A stretch of DNA of 29,618 nt from Thiotrichaceae bacterium (GTDB lineage Bacteria; Pseudomonadota; Gammaproteobacteria; Beggiatoales; Beggiatoaceae), in assembly GCA_026993485.1 (NCBI GenBank), contig JALWSU010000056.1, forward strand, positions 1 through 29,618, read 5' to 3'. Below, piece by piece: positions 17,376 through 26,202 of the stretch. The translations under genes and the position numbers were made by a program. The notes beneath the pieces are model-generated. The model was not told where the DNA came from. It did no database searches and saw only the letters and a program-made list of their open reading frames with translations. Positions within the stretch are counted from its first letter, which is position 1. Each line of letters starts with the position of its first letter.

Positions 17376-19979
17376 TTATCGTATAGGAATCAAATCTATC
17401 ATGTTAATCAAATCCAATTTTCCAGTATAGTCTTTAGCAGAGCAGGTTTGATCATTACGTTCTATATATTTCACACGATTGTCAGAGATAAAATAGATCT
17501 GTTCTTCATTCCTGGAAAATACTGGAAACTTGGCCTTAAATCCACACGGTATTTCTACAATCTCTCCGTTTCGGAAATCAGGCTGGAGCAATAATGTTGA
17601 TTCATTAAGCGTGCGACTGAACGCGAAAAGTAGAGATTGACTGTTCATCGCAGGTGTAAGAAATTCAATATGTTGAGCATAGTTTGTCAACCATTTAAAT
17701 TGCTGAGCACTTGGACGATCAGGTTCATATAACACCACTTCCATGTGATTTGAAGTTACTTCTCTCCCTAAGAAGACAATATTCTCACTATCATTTAAGA
17801 AAGTGGGGCTTTGAATTCTGGCTATTTCGTGTGGCAGTGAGATTGGAATTATTTTCGGTTGAAAATCGTCGTTTAACTCGTATAAATTCATAATTTCCAG
17901 TGATTGAGAATCATAATCAATGGGAATATAAACTATTTTTTTACCATCTGGTGAAATAGAAGGCATTTTTCCAGGATCTTTGCAATCATTGATAATCGCT
18001 CTCGTTTCTAAGTTTACTAGGCAGATTTTCGCGTTTTTACCCAAGCTTTGTTGGAAAACTAGTAAATGTTTATCCTTTGAAATACTTGGATAAAGTTGAT
18101 AGTCTTCATGCTCTTTTAACAAGAGTTCGTTTTCGCCAGATGATTTCACCAAGAACAGTCTTTTCCAAACTTGATTACCAGACCCGCTCCGAGCGCAAAC
18201 GATAAAATCAAATTCACCAATTGGTTGCTCAGGCGGCACAGGCGGCGGCACAGGCGGCGTCACAGGCGGCACAGGTGTCACAGGTGGTGGTAGGAAAAAT
18301 AATACGACAAATGTGACAACTATCATTCCAACCACTGCCCAAAGGTATTTGTTTTCTTTCAAATCTACAAAATTATTGAAATCTAAGAAAATGTTCACCA
18401 GCCCTTTTTTAAGGGTAGCCACAATACCTAGCTTTATGAGGTATTTTTTTTCAATTTCCTTAGCTTTGTCTTTTGATATTCTTCTGTTTAAAACATAAGT
18501 ACTTCGTAAGCGTTTTACCTCATTTGTTTCTACACCATGAGGAGATTGCTTGCTTAACTCCTGACAACTATCTTTGTATTCATTTACCCAATCTATTTTC
18601 CTGATCTTATTTTCTATCTCCTCCGCTTGTTCGTGCTCTAAATGCAATTCTGTCAAGGCTTTATCTAACTCTATTCTTGCTGCTAGTGTAATAACGCCAT
18701 ACATTTCTACTTGTTTTGCATAAAATTTTTTCCTTTCTTCTATTGACAGCAGTGGCCGATCTATTGGTTCTTTAGTCCAAGAAGGTGGCCATATAGAACC
18801 ACCTCCCATAGGTTCAATATACTCTCCTGAAGGGAATTTATAAGCAATCCAATGTCTTAGTATATCAATCCTGAAACGGTAATTATTATTTTTTGTTTCT
18901 AATAGACGTGTGAATTTAATAAAGCCTGCGAGTGTTTTAAACAAATCGGGTTTAGAAACATTAAATCTTTGATTTTTTATTGTTTTGAAAATTTTGGAGG
19001 AGCTAACATACTTATTAGAGTCTTGAATGGTATTAGCCAAGGCGGCTAAAATTTCCTGCCCATACTTTGGCGCAGTATTTGGATTAGAAAAACTTTTCCA
19101 TGTTTCTTGAATATGCCCAGCGGGATTACGCATAATAAAATCAATAACAGCCTTCAAATCCTCTGCAACCACATAATTGCGTTTTAGTTTATCATTGACA
19201 TGATTAACTAAGCTATGACAAATATATTGCGTATAATAGGGCTGCCCTCCTGATAATCGGTAAATTTTCTCTAGGACTTTATCATCATAACTTAAATTTT
19301 TTCCTATGGGGTTTTGAATCAAATCCAGTGTATCAGGCATTGATAATTCTAGGATTTGGTACATTTGAGTAACAGGTTGCAATATCTTTTGGACATTAAT
19401 ATCTTCAAAGTCACGAGAACTGGTCATAACAAAGTGAACTGGCAAATTGAGGATTTCTGTTATCCAAAATAAGGCATTCGCCGATAAACTAGATTTGAAA
19501 AGCGGCTCAATAGAATCAAATTCATCACATAAAATAATGAGCTTTCTAGGTTGAATCTCGTTGAGACAATTTTGCACTAATTGTTCTAAACGAACTGTCC
19601 ACGAACTATTCTCTTTTTTGTCCATAAATTCAGCTTCAAATTGCTGAAATTTAGAATTTTCCAAGATAGCTTTTCCCACTTCAAAAGGAAAATCTTCATC
19701 TTGTTTAATCCTTGGAACCATCTTATGAAAATCACATAAAACTGCTTCACCAGCTTGATGAAATCTACCTTTCCGAATTTGCCATAAAATCGAGCTTTTT
19801 CCGGAGCGACGACCACCAATCAATAAAATCACTTTAGGACCATCAGTCATAATCCAATTTTGGATTATTCTTAAATCCTCTTTACGACCAAAAAACATTT
19901 CTTTGGATTTGATCGCATTGCCTACAATATAAGGATTTTGGATTGGTTTAAAGTCCTTGTATGTTGTTAGTTTGTTCAT
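17376..19979 (-). CDS. Membrane-anchored P-loop NTPase (AAA_16/STAND-like) fused through one transmembrane helix and a Pro-rich linker to a PD40/TolB-like beta-propeller; copy A, fused form
   Basis: 867 aa. 'FFGRKEDL...KVILLIGGRRSGKSSIL' is Walker A and 'LIILCDEFD' is Walker B. The transmembrane segment is 'YLWAVVGMIVVTFVVLFFL', followed by 'PPPVTPVPPVTPPVPPPVPP'. The C-terminal ~300 aa carry PD40-like repeats ('KMPSISPDGKKIVYI', 'YPSISKDKHLLVF', 'FPVFSRNEEQIYFIS'). It ends 11 nt before the nucleotidase gene. Confidence 0.7.
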   Translation of the reverse strand: MNKLTTYKDFKPIQNPYIVGNAIKSKEMFFGRKEDLRIIQNWIMTDGPKVILLIGGRRSGKSSILWQIRKGRFHQAGEAVLCDFHKMVPRIKQDEDFPFEVGKAILENSKFQQFEAEFMDKKENSSWTVRLEQLVQNCLNEIQPRKLIILCDEFDSIEPLFKSSLSANALFWITEILNLPVHFVMTSSRDFEDINVQKILQPVTQMYQILELSMPDTLDLIQNPIGKNLSYDDKVLEKIYRLSGGQPYYTQYICHSLVNHVNDKLKRNYVVAEDLKAVIDFIMRNPAGHIQETWKSFSNPNTAPKYGQEILAALANTIQDSNKYVSSSKIFKTIKNQRFNVSKPDLFKTLAGFIKFTRLLETKNNNYRFRIDILRHWIAYKFPSGEYIEPMGGGSIWPPSWTKEPIDRPLLSIEERKKFYAKQVEMYGVITLAARIELDKALTELHLEHEQAEEIENKIRKIDWVNEYKDSCQELSKQSPHGVETNEVKRLRSTYVLNRRISKDKAKEIEKKYLIKLGIVATLKKGLVNIFLDFNNFVDLKENKYLWAVVGMIVVTFVVLFFLPPPVTPVPPVTPPVPPPVPPEQPIGEFDFIVCARSGSGNQVWKRLFLVKSSGENELLLKEHEDYQLYPSISKDKHLLVFQQSLGKNAKICLVNLETRAIINDCKDPGKMPSISPDGKKIVYIPIDYDSQSLEIMNLYELNDDFQPKIIPISLPHEIARIQSPTFLNDSENIVFLGREVTSNHMEVVLYEPDRPSAQQFKWLTNYAQHIEFLTPAMNSQSLLFAFSRTLNESTLLLQPDFRNGEIVEIPCGFKAKFPVFSRNEEQIYFISDNRVKYIERNDQTCSAKDYTGKLDLINMIDLIPIR

Positions 19980-20017
19980 ATTTTTATTTTTACATGAATT
20001 TAGTAAAATTAATTGAA

Positions 20018-20050
20018 AAACGAACTAAATTTTAAATTTTTAGTTCGTTT
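20018..20050 (-). terminator. Hairpin 'aaacgaactaaa-...-tttagttcgttt' between copy B and copy A
   Basis: An 11-bp inverted repeat 22 nt after the 20072 stop. On the minus strand it is followed by ttcaattaatttt. Confidence 0.45.
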
Positions 20051-20071
20051 ATCCACGTTAATAAGCTACAC

Positions 20072-21661
20072 TTACTTCACTAAAATAATCCGATTCTTAG
20101 ACGCACAATAAGATATGTGTTTACTCGCTCCATAATGTTTTTCGATGTAGTTAATCACAATAGGAGTGGGATTGGATTCATATTCACGACGGTCTTCTGG
20201 CACTTTATCCAACATCTTATAACCATCGCCACCCGTTGCTACATAACTGTTGGTAACCACTGTGTATATTTGCTCTGGATTAAGAGGCATACCGTCAATT
20301 TTCACTTGTTGGACTCCAATATTAGGCTCCAAGATAAAGCTGATACCAGATACCTGTAAAAAACCACCTTTACCAACTTGGGTTGCATTATAATTTAGAA
20401 CAGTCATTAATTCTTTACCTGTTAATTTCAGTAAATGGGTTCTGTTGGTTGGAAAAGGTAAGGCAGCCATGATATCTCCTATTGTCACAGGACCTTTCGC
20501 CAGAGACGCTCTGATACCACCACTATTATAAATGGCAACATCCACCCGAAAGTGATCCTTTAAAATATCAGTCACAAAATCACCTAAATTGGTTTCTTGC
20601 TCTCTAATAGTGTGCTTTCTTCCTTCCAAGCGACAATCATTTTGCGCTATGATTCTACCATATTGTCGCTCCATTTCGTTTTTCTTCGATTGGATGTATC
20701 TGCTAATGCCAGGATCAGGTGTTACCGTTTCATCAAGTGGTATCAGTTCAGCGTGAAAGCTGTTAGGTTTACCATTCTGCAAGCTTACTTCCAAATGTCC
20801 TAAATATTGTCCTTCAGCACCTGCCTGCACAATGCAAGTTTGATTATTTGGGTTCTTGACCATCTCACAGCCTTCAATAGCTGTATGAGAATCTCCGCCT
20901 ATGATAATGTCAATACCTTCAACTGCTTTAGCCAGCTTTTTATCATTCTCAAGCCCAAGGTGGTTGACGAACACCACTAAATCAACACCCTTCTTTTTAA
21001 AATCAGACACTATTTCTCTCGCTTTCTTAAATTCGTCTTCAACACTACCATTCTTTAAGAATGTTGGATCCACCTTGGGTATTTCGAGAGAAAAATCTTG
21101 AGCCGCTACCAAACCTGCAACGCCCATCTTAATGCCGTTGACTGTTTTAATCAGCACTTTGCCAACTGGTTGATTTCGGATTTTATAATTGGCAGTAACA
21201 CAAGAGGCTTTGATTAAGTGGAGCAGGTTTAGCAAATTATCAGGACCAAAATCAAGCTCATGATTACCCATGGTATAAAATGATAAGCCCATCCGATTGA
21301 AAACTTCAGCTTCAATAGCCCCTTTAGATAAGTTTGACAACAAGGAACCTTGGATAAAATCTCCAGCATTGACGAGATAAGTGGGAATATTGTGGTTCTC
21401 ATTAGCTGCCCTTATCTGTTTGACCATAGCTGCCATTCTGGCAACGCCATACACTTCATACTTCAGTTTTTTCCCATTAACCTTTTTCTTTTTTGTCCTT
21501 GGTTCCAAAGCACCATGTAAATCGTTAAAATATAAAAAGGCGAATTTTTGAAGTGAATCACCAGGTTTCACCACATCGTCAGTCTGTGCCCATACTGGGC
21601 TTGTAAACAGTACTGTTAGCAAAAACGCAAAAACAGTAGTCATAAAATGACGTTTTCTCAT
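20072..21661 (-). CDS. Periplasmic metallophosphoesterase/5'-nucleotidase, copy B (LysM domain deleted)
   Basis: 529 aa. It matches copy A along its whole length, with long stretches of near-identical DNA. It has the same signal peptide, but 'VVKPGDSLQK|FAFLYFNDLHG' shows an in-frame loss of ~64 aa covering the LysM domain. Confidence 0.8.
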   Translation of the reverse strand: MRKRHFMTTVFAFLLTVLFTSPVWAQTDDVVKPGDSLQKFAFLYFNDLHGALEPRTKKKKVNGKKLKYEVYGVARMAAMVKQIRAANENHNIPTYLVNAGDFIQGSLLSNLSKGAIEAEVFNRMGLSFYTMGNHELDFGPDNLLNLLHLIKASCVTANYKIRNQPVGKVLIKTVNGIKMGVAGLVAAQDFSLEIPKVDPTFLKNGSVEDEFKKAREIVSDFKKKGVDLVVFVNHLGLENDKKLAKAVEGIDIIIGGDSHTAIEGCEMVKNPNNQTCIVQAGAEGQYLGHLEVSLQNGKPNSFHAELIPLDETVTPDPGISRYIQSKKNEMERQYGRIIAQNDCRLEGRKHTIREQETNLGDFVTDILKDHFRVDVAIYNSGGIRASLAKGPVTIGDIMAALPFPTNRTHLLKLTGKELMTVLNYNATQVGKGGFLQVSGISFILEPNIGVQQVKIDGMPLNPEQIYTVVTNSYVATGGDGYKMLDKVPEDRREYESNPTPIVINYIEKHYGASKHISYCASKNRIILVK

Positions 21662-21672
21662 ATAGTTACCTC

Positions 21673-22899
21673 TTATTGTATAGGAATTAAATCTATCATG
21701 TTAATCAAATCCAATTTGCCAGTATAGTCTTTAGCAGAGCAGGTTTTATCACTACGTTCTATATATTTCACACGATTGTCAGAGATAAAATAAATCTGTT
21801 TTTCATTCATGGAAAATACTGGAAACTTGGCCTTAAATCCACACGGTATTTCTACAATCTCTCCGTTTCGAAAATCAGGCTGGAGCAATAAGATTGATTC
21901 CTTATGCGTGTGACTTAACTCGAAAAGTAGAGAACGACTGTTCGTCGCAGGTGTAAGAAATTCAATATGTTGAGCATAGTTTGTCAACAATTTAAATTGC
22001 TTATCACTTGGACGATCAGGTTCATATAACACCACTTCCATGTAATTTGAAGTTACTTCTCTCCCTAAGAAGACAATATTCTCACTGTCATTTAAGAAAG
22101 TGGGCCTTTTAATTTTGGCTATTTCGTTGTGTGACAATGAGATTGGAATTCTCTTTTGCTTAAAATCGTTTAAATTCATAATCTCCATAGAGTTAGAATC
22201 TTCAATTGGCACATAAACTATCTTTTTGCCATCAGGAGAAATGGAAGGCATCTTGCCAGTGTGCATACAATTATTGGTAATAGCTCTAGTCTTTAAGTTG
22301 ACGATGCATATTTTGGCACTTTTAGCTAATCCTCTTTGGAAAACCAGCCATTTTTTATCCCTTGAAATACTGGGATGTAGTTGATAATTTTTAATATTTT
22401 TTAAAAATAGTTCTTTTTCTCCTGATGATTTTACCAAGAAAAGTCTTTTCCAATCTTTCTCAGATGGACTCCGAGCGCAAATGATAAAATCAAATTCACC
22501 CATTTTGCTTAGTGTTTTGTCGGGTAGCCCTTCTTGCCATTTTTGCCACTCTTCTTGTAATAATGCGACAAATATAATGACAACTATTATTACTACCACT
22601 ATCCAAAGATATTGGTTTTCTTTAAAATTTAAGAAAACATCCAACTGCCTTTTTAAGGTAGTAAGAATACTTGGTTTTGAGAGATAGTATCTTTCAATTT
22701 CCTTAGCTTTATGTTTTGAGATTTTTTCAGTCAAAACATAAGTACTTTGTAGGTGTTTTAGCTCAAATTTTGGCACGCCATTAGGATATTGCTTGCTTAA
22801 ATTTTGACAACTATCTTTGTATTCTTCTATTTCCTTTTCTCGTTCATTTTTCATACTATAATTAGCTACACTAACGATAGAATTTTCTCTTGAAATCAC
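21673..22899 (-). CDS. Transmembrane PD40/TolB-like beta-propeller protein, copy B; corresponds to the C-terminal half of the 867-aa copy A protein
   Basis: 408-aa ORF. It matches copy A from the linker '...EYKDSCQNLSKQ' through the transmembrane helix 'YLWIVVVIIVVIIFVALL' and the whole propeller. The real start is probably at 'MKNEREKEIEE' near 22854. It overlaps the upstream NTPase ORF by 29 nt in another frame. Confidence 0.7.
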   Translation of the reverse strand: MISRENSIVSVANYSMKNEREKEIEEYKDSCQNLSKQYPNGVPKFELKHLQSTYVLTEKISKHKAKEIERYYLSKPSILTTLKRQLDVFLNFKENQYLWIVVVIIVVIIFVALLQEEWQKWQEGLPDKTLSKMGEFDFIICARSPSEKDWKRLFLVKSSGEKELFLKNIKNYQLHPSISRDKKWLVFQRGLAKSAKICIVNLKTRAITNNCMHTGKMPSISPDGKKIVYVPIEDSNSMEIMNLNDFKQKRIPISLSHNEIAKIKRPTFLNDSENIVFLGREVTSNYMEVVLYEPDRPSDKQFKLLTNYAQHIEFLTPATNSRSLLFELSHTHKESILLLQPDFRNGEIVEIPCGFKAKFPVFSMNEKQIYFISDNRVKYIERSDKTCSAKDYTGKLDLINMIDLIPIQ

Positions 22900-23944
22900 T
22901 CAAGAAGTCTTTTATTATACTAAAGATATTCGGACTAGGTGGTGGTATTCCTATCCGTTCACGAAAAAAACGTTCCATTTGCCCTGCCGAAATTTCACGT
23001 TTATCTCTTGTAACCCAACCACGATCAACGAGATAATTATCCACTATCAAGTTTTTCTTCTTACGGCGACTTAGAATACTTACGATACTTTCTAGCTGTT
23101 GTGTTGTTAATGAAGAATAAATTTCTTCATAATAAGGAAGACACGCTTGATAAGCCTCATCAATTACCTGCTGAAATGATGATTCGCCAGTTTTTTCATA
23201 GTGTGATACCCATACCTTGCCCGCTTCTTGGAGCGGATAGGGGCTGTAGCCAAATTGTCCAATTAATTCAAAAATATCCTTTTCATTATTTTGCAAAGCT
23301 TCTGGCAATCTTTCAGAAATTAGACGGGTTACTTCAGTCAGGCTAAGTGGAAATAAGGCATAATAATCAAAAATGTTAAAAAAGGGAGAACCAGCTAACT
23401 CCACCGTCATTGCTAAATCCAATAAAGGCATTGGTGAAGTCACAATACACCCAACTGGACTATGCATGTAAAGCCATGATCTTAAACTTTCAAAAAAAGC
23501 AAGCTTATATTTTGGGTTAGCCACTATCAGATTGAAATTATCAATAATTAGAATTAACCTGCGGTTATTTTTTTCCAACCAATCTAAAATTTTGTCGTTA
23601 TCTGAAAAATCTTTTAAATTAGGTATGGCTAATACTTCTTCTATTTTGCTATAAATGACTTTGAAAAAAGCAGTTTCATCAGTTAATTGATGTTTAGCTG
23701 TATCAAAATATAGAAAAATATATTGATTTGCTTTGTCACCCAAGTAATGTTTTACAACGCTAGGTTCCTGAAGATATTTAACCAAAGACGTTTTGCCTTC
23801 CTTACTAAAACCATAAATGGCAAAACTTTGAACATCATCAGTTCCCAATCTTCCATAAGCATGTTGTAGCACAGTTCCTCTACCAACATGCTCTTGTGGA
23901 TTAAGACAGGGCCTTTCTGGATGAAAAGAGAATTTTTGTGTCAT
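22871..23944 (-). CDS. P-loop NTPase (AAA_16/STAND-like), copy B; a separate gene whose sequence diverges from the copy A NTPase
   Basis: 357 aa. 'HVGRG...FAIYGFSKEGKTSLVKYL' is Walker A and 'RLILIIDNFN' is Walker B. Its architecture matches the N-terminal domain of the 867-aa protein but the sequences are dissimilar. It starts 1 nt after the upstream 265-aa gene. Confidence 0.65.
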   Translation of the reverse strand: MTQKFSFHPERPCLNPQEHVGRGTVLQHAYGRLGTDDVQSFAIYGFSKEGKTSLVKYLQEPSVVKHYLGDKANQYIFLYFDTAKHQLTDETAFFKVIYSKIEEVLAIPNLKDFSDNDKILDWLEKNNRRLILIIDNFNLIVANPKYKLAFFESLRSWLYMHSPVGCIVTSPMPLLDLAMTVELAGSPFFNIFDYYALFPLSLTEVTRLISERLPEALQNNEKDIFELIGQFGYSPYPLQEAGKVWVSHYEKTGESSFQQVIDEAYQACLPYYEEIYSSLTTQQLESIVSILSRRKKKNLIVDNYLVDRGWVTRDKREISAGQMERFFRERIGIPPPSPNIFSIIKDFLSDFKRKFYR

Positions 23945-23945
23945 G

Positions 23946-24743
23946 TCATTTGCTCACTATCATTGCAATTAAATCTTTCCAATCAGGCTGCTGTTGTTGC
24001 GCGATGATATTGAGTTTTTGAATTTTCTCATCATCAAGTCCCAAGGTGATACCAAATTGGTATAAAATATCATAGTCCTTTTTGCTCAGCACTTTATCTT
24101 TCATGCCCAAACGATTGGCGGTGGTATATAACCATGATTGGTAAAAAATAAAGGAAAAGGCTTTCAAAGTATTAAAATCATCATCAGCTAAATAGCTTTG
24201 AAAAAATGCCGTCCATTCCCACGGCATTTTGCCGGTTTTTTCTAAATCGCGCCAATTGGCGAAATCACCAAAATCAAAAAGTTCAAAGAAAAACTGAATA
24301 ATCCCTTCCTTATTGTACTGTACCGTTGGTAAAGGCGGTAACCACCCACAAAATCCACTCGGATGAAGATAAAGATGTGACATTTTCCATGAACTATTTA
24401 AGCCTTTTTCTTGTGCATAAATCTCAAGCGATAGCGTTTGTTTGACAATCAATAGCTTTTCAATATTGGAAAAAGATAAAATAATGCTTTTGCTAGGTTT
24501 AAATTGACTCAGTTTTTTAGATAAAATGGTGGCTTCTAAAACTGGCTTGCTATCCAATTCTTGGCTATTTATTTGAATTTCATCAATATCTAAAATAGCT
24601 GGATGTAGCAAAGTTTGCCATTGCTGTAAGAAAGATTCATATTGTTTAATAACATTTTGTGCATCTTCCAAATTGGGTATTGGAATGGTGGCGACTAATT
24701 TATTATCTGTTTGAATCCAATTCGTTTGAGTTTCAATATTCAT
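23946..24743 (-). CDS. Hypothetical protein, first gene of the NTPase-propeller-nucleotidase operon
   Basis: 265-aa ORF with no signal peptide and no recognised motif. It is separated from the downstream NTPase gene by a 1-nt intergenic gap, and tandem hairpins lie upstream. Confidence 0.5.
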   Translation of the reverse strand: MNIETQTNWIQTDNKLVATIPIPNLEDAQNVIKQYESFLQQWQTLLHPAILDIDEIQINSQELDSKPVLEATILSKKLSQFKPSKSIILSFSNIEKLLIVKQTLSLEIYAQEKGLNSSWKMSHLYLHPSGFCGWLPPLPTVQYNKEGIIQFFFELFDFGDFANWRDLEKTGKMPWEWTAFFQSYLADDDFNTLKAFSFIFYQSWLYTTANRLGMKDKVLSKKDYDILYQFGITLGLDDEKIQKLNIIAQQQQPDWKDLIAMIVSK

Positions 24744-24763
24744 TTTATAGCCTTAAAATCAGA

Positions 24764-24833
24764 CCTCCGAGGAGAACAATACCTCGGAGGTCGTTGTATC
24801 TGTAACCTCCGAGGTATTGCTTTCCTCGGAGGT
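24764..24833. repeat. Two tandem hairpins built on the cctccgagg stem ('cctccgagg-agaacaata-cctcggagg' and 'acctccgagg-tattgcttt-cctcggaggt') separating the secreted-protein genes from the operon
   Basis: Perfect inverted repeats. The second is followed by ttttt on the plus strand. The stem sequence is the same as in the 9061-9096 hairpin. Confidence 0.6.
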
Positions 24834-24870
24834 TTTTCTTAATAGCAAGCTTCAGCGTAGAAACCAGAAG

Positions 24871-25311
24871 TTACTTATAACAAACCAAGACATTTGAATA
24901 ACCAGAACCGCTATACATTAACACCCCAATATAGTAAGTGCCTGACCATCTAGGAGAAACCGCCACTATTGGCGTTGCATCGCTTTTTTGATCACGGTCA
25001 ATTTCGTTATAATTTTCGTCCAGCATAATGATATCCAAGTCACGAACACTAGAATCGCCTGCTCCAATAATAAAATAGCTATTACCGCTGTACAGAGTAG
25101 TTCTGACTATATAGTAATCACCTTGACTCAAGTATTTGCCACTGGCATTATCACGGCAACCACCAGCCCCCCTATTTTCTATATAGCGTTTCACTTGACG
25201 CAATTTTCGCATTGACTGTGCATCCGACGCATAACTGATTGACGGAATAACCAATGCCATAAAGGCTGATACTAAAATAACCAATACTGATGTTTTACCA
25301 ATTTTCATCAT
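24871..25311 (-). CDS. Small secreted hypothetical protein (~147 aa)
   Basis: The ORF track gives 24871-25395. The likely start is the internal Met(s) at 25311/25308 ('MMKIGKTSVLVILVSAFMALVIPSISYA' is a signal peptide), which removes the overlap with the upstream gene. The protein is Gly/Ser/Tyr-rich and has no recognised domain. Confidence 0.5.
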   Translation of the reverse strand: MMKIGKTSVLVILVSAFMALVIPSISYASDAQSMRKLRQVKRYIENRGAGGCRDNASGKYLSQGDYYIVRTTLYSGNSYFIIGAGDSSVRDLDIIMLDENYNEIDRDQKSDATPIVAVSPRWSGTYYIGVLMYSGSGYSNVLVCYK

Positions 25312-25330
25312 TTTGATTTCCTCTAACCAG

Positions 25331-26146
25331 TTATTTAAATGAGAGTCTGAGTGCGCGAGCAATCTTCTTAACATCACCAAGGGTGATTTCACCACGTTTC
25401 TTGTTGACTATTGGTTTGATCTTTTTTAGCCCACGAACAAAGTTTTTAACAGTGCGATTGTTCCGAAATTCAGGAGTCGCTTTTTTTGTCAAGTGGTTGA
25501 TAAAATAATTAACCAGTTCTCCCCATCTGAACATGTCTAGTTGTTGACGGCTTGGTTGGGCATAACTTCCTACAGTACGGGCACCTAAGTACAAGGCTTT
25601 GAAATAAGCGGCGGCGAGTACAAGTACACCAGAATCACGTATTGACGGGTTTTTGTCCTTTTCTATCTGTGGAACAATTTCGTTGATTAAAGCATCCATT
25701 TTGTCACGCAAGGCTTTGCCTTTAAGCTTGCCAGTTTCCAGTTGATCTTTTAGCGTTTGTATTTCTGCTTTGATATTGGCAGGTAGTTCTAAAGAAACAA
25801 GCGCATTATAGGCTTGTTGTATAATTGCTTTTGAGGGCGGTGTGTCATCGTTACCACTATCCAAGACGACAAAGGCAATATCGGACAAGGTTTTGCCTAC
25901 TTCAAAAGAACGTTGTGGCAAACTCATTGATTGATAAGCTTTTGATTGGACAGTTATTAACTTGCCCCATTTTCCAGTAATGCCAGCATTTTTGGCATTT
26001 TTGTGGATTTCGTTGATTGAAGGCAAGTAGAGCTTTGCCTGTGTTTTTTGAGGCGTGAATGTGAATGTGGGTTTGCCATCACCTGCCCATGCTAAATTGC
26101 AAAATGACATCATGATAAATAATGTCAACAGTTTTTTTATAGTCAT
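25331..26146 (-). CDS. Secreted hypothetical protein
   Basis: 271 aa with signal peptide 'MTIKKLLTLFIMMSFCNLAWA'. No recognised domain; the C-terminus is basic. Confidence 0.5.
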   Translation of the reverse strand: MTIKKLLTLFIMMSFCNLAWAGDGKPTFTFTPQKTQAKLYLPSINEIHKNAKNAGITGKWGKLITVQSKAYQSMSLPQRSFEVGKTLSDIAFVVLDSGNDDTPPSKAIIQQAYNALVSLELPANIKAEIQTLKDQLETGKLKGKALRDKMDALINEIVPQIEKDKNPSIRDSGVLVLAAAYFKALYLGARTVGSYAQPSRQQLDMFRWGELVNYFINHLTKKATPEFRNNRTVKNFVRGLKKIKPIVNKKRGEITLGDVKKIARALRLSFK

Positions 26147-26202
26147 TGTTTCTCCTTGAGAAATTAATGTTAAAGTTGGAAAGGTTGTCCTTTCCGAGTG
26201 AT

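Noticed and set aside
15583-23944. The duplicated region as an assembly artefact (collapsed or expanded repeat)
   Set aside because: The two copies differ by scattered substitutions, a clean LysM deletion and entirely different NTPase heads. That pattern points to real paralogues, not a mis-assembled identical repeat. Read-level confirmation is still advisable.
24871-25395. The full 174-aa ORF as annotated in the six-frame track
   Set aside because: The first 28 codons overlap the 3' end of the upstream 271-aa gene and precede an obvious signal peptide that begins at the internal Met. The start was moved to 25311.
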